DNA of 64,000 nt from Mobula birostris (lineage: Eukaryota). Location: NCBI RefSeq assembly GCF_030028105.1, contig NC_092393.1, positions 21,927,825 to 21,991,824 of the forward strand. Reading direction: 5' to 3'. The notes under the pieces are model-generated. The model had not been told where the DNA came from and made no database searches. It was given only the letters and a program-made list of their open reading frames with translations. Shown one piece after another: positions 60,439-64,000 of the stretch (positions are counted from its first letter, which is position 1; each line of letters opens with the position of its first letter). Both the position numbers and the translations under genes were made by a program.

Positions 60439-61699
60439 TACTTGAGTCATTTTATATAGTGAGCCATTTCCTTCCATACCCTGTTATTTGACGATGCAAT
60501 TGCCATTACAATTTCACTGGGAAGAAACACAATCTTATAAATAAGCAGAAGATATGCAGGAAGTGAAAAATGTTGGTAATGTATTTGAAAGATCAACTTT
60601 TAACCTTGAAAAATTTTCCAACCATTTGGTGTAAAATGCATTTCCCAGTAATAAAAATCTAATCAGTAAAATCTAATCAGATAAGATGAGTTATTCGTCG
60701 AACTTATGACTAAATTAAAATCTAAATAAAGAATCCTATATGTCCACTGTCACTTTACAATGAAATTCTATAGTGAATTGCTAGACTACAGTATGAATCG
60801 TGAGTTTCTTCAGCTTTGCATGTGTACTGTGACTATAAGCAATCAAGTTGCTAGAAATCATAAATAATTAATTCTTATTGTAATAATGTTTTAAACGTTG
60901 AACTTCATACTTACACATTCATATTCTCTGGAGAGTTTTCCTCTGGAATTTATACAATGCACCAAATTGCTATTCCAAAATGAAGTCAAATTTATCTGAT
61001 TATATTTCTCGTCATAATATAGATCTTCTAAAATAAAATAAATCTTCAAAATCTTAAGGGGTGTTTAAAAATGAGAGTAGATCTGGGATGGAAAATATAA
61101 TTAATGCTATCTTTTTCTTTCTAGCCTAGATTTCATTTCATTCTGACAAAACTCTAGATCATGTCAATATGGAACAGTTGATTTGAATGTATGTCATAAA
61201 CTTACTGTGAGTCATTATGGACATAAAGGCTCAATGAAACAGTATTATAGATAAATATTTAACCTCAAAATTGGTTTTAGAGGGGTCAACAAAGTCTGAT
61301 ATAGACACCACCAAGGTTGCTTATTTTGTTCCCACAGTATTATTTTACCCATGTTGAATTATTCTAAAGCTTAAAACTATTTATTCAACCAAAACTCTAA
61401 TAGAATGTTTGTAATAATTACTTTGACACTTGAGTCTTAGAGGGAGAATTTCCTCCCTGATTGTTAGAGCTAATTTAAAGTAAATGAAACTGAATGTGTC
61501 CAATTGTTTGATGGTGCCTTGTGTTTAGTGCTTATGACCAAAAAAGATCCTAGTAATGGCAGCACAAGGGCTTGATATTCAGGGCTATAAATAAGAAATG
61601 AAATGTAACAGATCTAATAAATTTCTTGACCAAATGCTTCTGCACTGATGAATATTGAATTATGCACCTTTACCAAAATGGGACCAGACACCCCTACAT

Positions 61700-62440
61700 T
61701 CAAGACTCTGGACTCAAGATTGTATAATGTCATTTCCAAAACACAAATAAAAAGGAGAATGACATAAATTTTATGGTACGAAAAGAAACACAATAAGATA
61801 AAGACACAATATAAAAAATGCAATATAAATGCATAAGATAGCTTATATACATAGATTGATTTTATGTCTATAATGTGACGTTAGGCACAGGAGTGTCTGT
61901 ACATAAGGTGACTCTGGTGGTGAGGGTTGGTTAGTGGGTGAAGGTGTTTGTCAGCCTTACTGCTTGGAGAAAGTGGGGAAAACAGTCTATAATCAAGGGG
62001 GGTAGTCTCATGATATTACTGGGCTTTCCTCCAGCATCATTTTGTATATATTTCCTTGAAGGCAGATAGGTTGGTGCTGGTGATGCATTTGGCAGTTCTA
62101 GCTACCTTACCGTCTGCTGCAGTGCAGTTTCTGTACCATGCAGTGATGTGGCATGTTCAGATGCTCCCTCCTGCGCATCTGTGGTCTATTGAGTGTGGAG
62201 GTCCATAGTGCAGCTCTCGTCAGCCTCCGCACAACGTAGGAACTCTGGTGAGCTTTCCTGATTGTGTAGAATGTATTCTGGGACCATGAGAGCTTGTGCG
62301 AGATGTGCACTCCCAGGAGTTTGAAACTGCTTGCCGTTTTCACTGCTGTGCCGCTGATGTAAAGAAGAATATGAATGTTGCAAGTTCTGCTGAAGTCAAT
62401 GACTATCTCCGTTATCTTGTTGATATTGAGGAAGAGGAAT
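61700..62440 (-). mobile_element. Rex/Babar LINE 3' portion
   Basis: SSFKLLGVHISHKLSW...RKAHQ. Confidence 0.75.
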
Positions 62441-62889
62441 TTGCATTAAGAACATAATGTAAAGAAGATAGAAAGAATGGTGTATTTTGTTCAGATTAGA
62501 CTCTCATAAATCTCACCACACAACCTGTTTGAAGTGCTTTTTTATGAAATTTTGTGATTCTAACAAAGTAACAATGGAGTTGGATTTCATTCTGAGTAAA
62601 TATTGCACGGCAGTTGGACTTGCTATTGCATATTTGAGTTTTTTTTGTGACTAAGGGCTGAAAACATTGAAATAAGAGAAATATCACCTTAACCAATTTG
62701 ATTAAAGAAATATAAAATCAATTAACACAAGTTCTATGAAAGAATTTCGGTCAGAACAGGTGGATTTTCAGTTTCCTACCTCCATTTCAGGGAAAAGTAA
62801 CCACTACGGCTCTTGACTATAAGTCCTCTCAAATTACAATATATCCAAAGTGGACTCCATTGTACCTGTTTTGAAGAGGCCACCATCCA

Positions 62890-63392
62890 CACAGTGTTTC
62901 TGAACACTTCTACAAATGTACCATAGAGACCATTCTGACTGGCTGCATTACCGTCTGGTATGGTGGGGGGGTGGGGAGTGTGGGGGCAACTTCACAAGAT
63001 TGAAATAAGTTGCAGAAACTTGTAAAATTAGTCAGCTGCATCTTGGGTACTATCCTTTACTGTATCCAAGACTTCTTCAAGGAGCGGTGCTTTAGGAATG
63101 CGGAGTCCATCATTAAGGAACCCCGCCACTCTTCTCATTGTTACCATCAGGAAGTAGGAACAGAAGCCTGAAGGCACATACTCAGCAACTCAGGAACAGT
63201 TTCTTCCCCTCTCCCATCTGATTTCTAAATGGATGTTCAACCCATGAACACTACTTCACTACATTTTATTTCTAGTTTCTTTTTGCACTACTTTTTGTTC
63301 TCCATATCTATTTATCATGTATTGCATTGTACTGCTGCCCTAAAGTTAACAAATTTCACAACATATGACAGTGATAGTAAACCTGATTCTCA
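62890..63392 (+). mobile_element. Rex/Babar LINE 3' portion
   Basis: FYKCTIETILTGCITVWYG; tail agtaaacctgattct. Confidence 0.8.
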
Positions 63393-63835
63393 TATATCTT
63401 ATTTTTTTTCTCAATTGTAAATTCTTCTCTCATATTGTCAACAATCTCCCAAACACACCCTTCCATTTCCCATAGTTTTGCTTTTACCTCCCACAAAAGA
63501 AACACAAACCCCTTACTATTCCACTATTTTCTGCACCCCATTAATAATCAGCTACAATTTTCCATACTTCCATGAAAAGGTCAACCTGAGCACACCTTCA
63601 TTGTATCCCACATTCAACTTTCCAAAGGTCCCATTCCCTTTGGGGCTCTTTGCTTTGCTCTTCCGTATCTATGAATAGACACTTCCCTTCCCATATCACC
63701 ATTCTTGCAGGGACAGGAGACTCAATGTTTTTCAGAACTGCAAGCACTCTTTCCATGAGAAACAGTGACTGACTTGTACTTTTACTTTTCTGTACTCACT
63801 TCTCATGGTGTGATCTTCTTTTCCACACTTTAGAG

Positions 63836-63906
63836 CAGGGGTTCCCAGCCTGGGGTCCACAGTTAATGGTAGGGGTCAAAGGCATAAAAAAGGGTGGGAA
63901 CCTCTG
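63836..63906. mobile_element. 71-bp hAT (Charlie-like) MITE, related to 27838-27916 in opposite orientation
   Basis: TIRs CAGGGGTTCCCA / TGGGAACCTCTG; TSD ctttagag / cgttagag. Confidence 0.8.
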
Positions 63907-64000
63907 CGTTAGAGCTGAATCCTGATTCACTAGTCACTTTCGGAAACCTAGAGCTTCCAGTGATCCATCAGTCATATTCCAATTCTAACCTCCTTGTCCT

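Overview
Repeat-rich vertebrate DNA, not prokaryotic. The repeat repertoire (CR1, Rex/Babar, Penelope-like elements, V-, CORE- and Deu-type SINEs) points to a cartilaginous fish; this is inferred from family recognition, not from a search. I see no host protein-coding exon, so the window looks like a gene desert or long intron with several unique, enhancer-like blocks. Main contents: (1) two direct-orientation copies of an internally deleted Academ (AcademX) DNA transposon that keep the C-terminal transposase, XPG/FEN1 nuclease and Cys-finger regions (1280-4079, 46914-49364); (2) a young, nearly intact CR1 ORF2 (22069-25099, minus strand) plus older CR1 copies, one with an SGNH-esterase ORF1; (3) Penelope-like remnants carrying minimal hammerhead ribozyme motifs; (4) a probable ancient Harbinger fossil, tiny hAT MITEs and non-coding Rex-tailed retroposons. 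The most striking pattern is three independent hammerhead-bearing mini-insertions that are each exactly 94 nt between 13-14 bp target-site duplications (TSDs), although they start and end at different points of the element. A fold-back insertion has two arms of about 93-96 nt. Together these suggest a fixed-length insertion mechanism.
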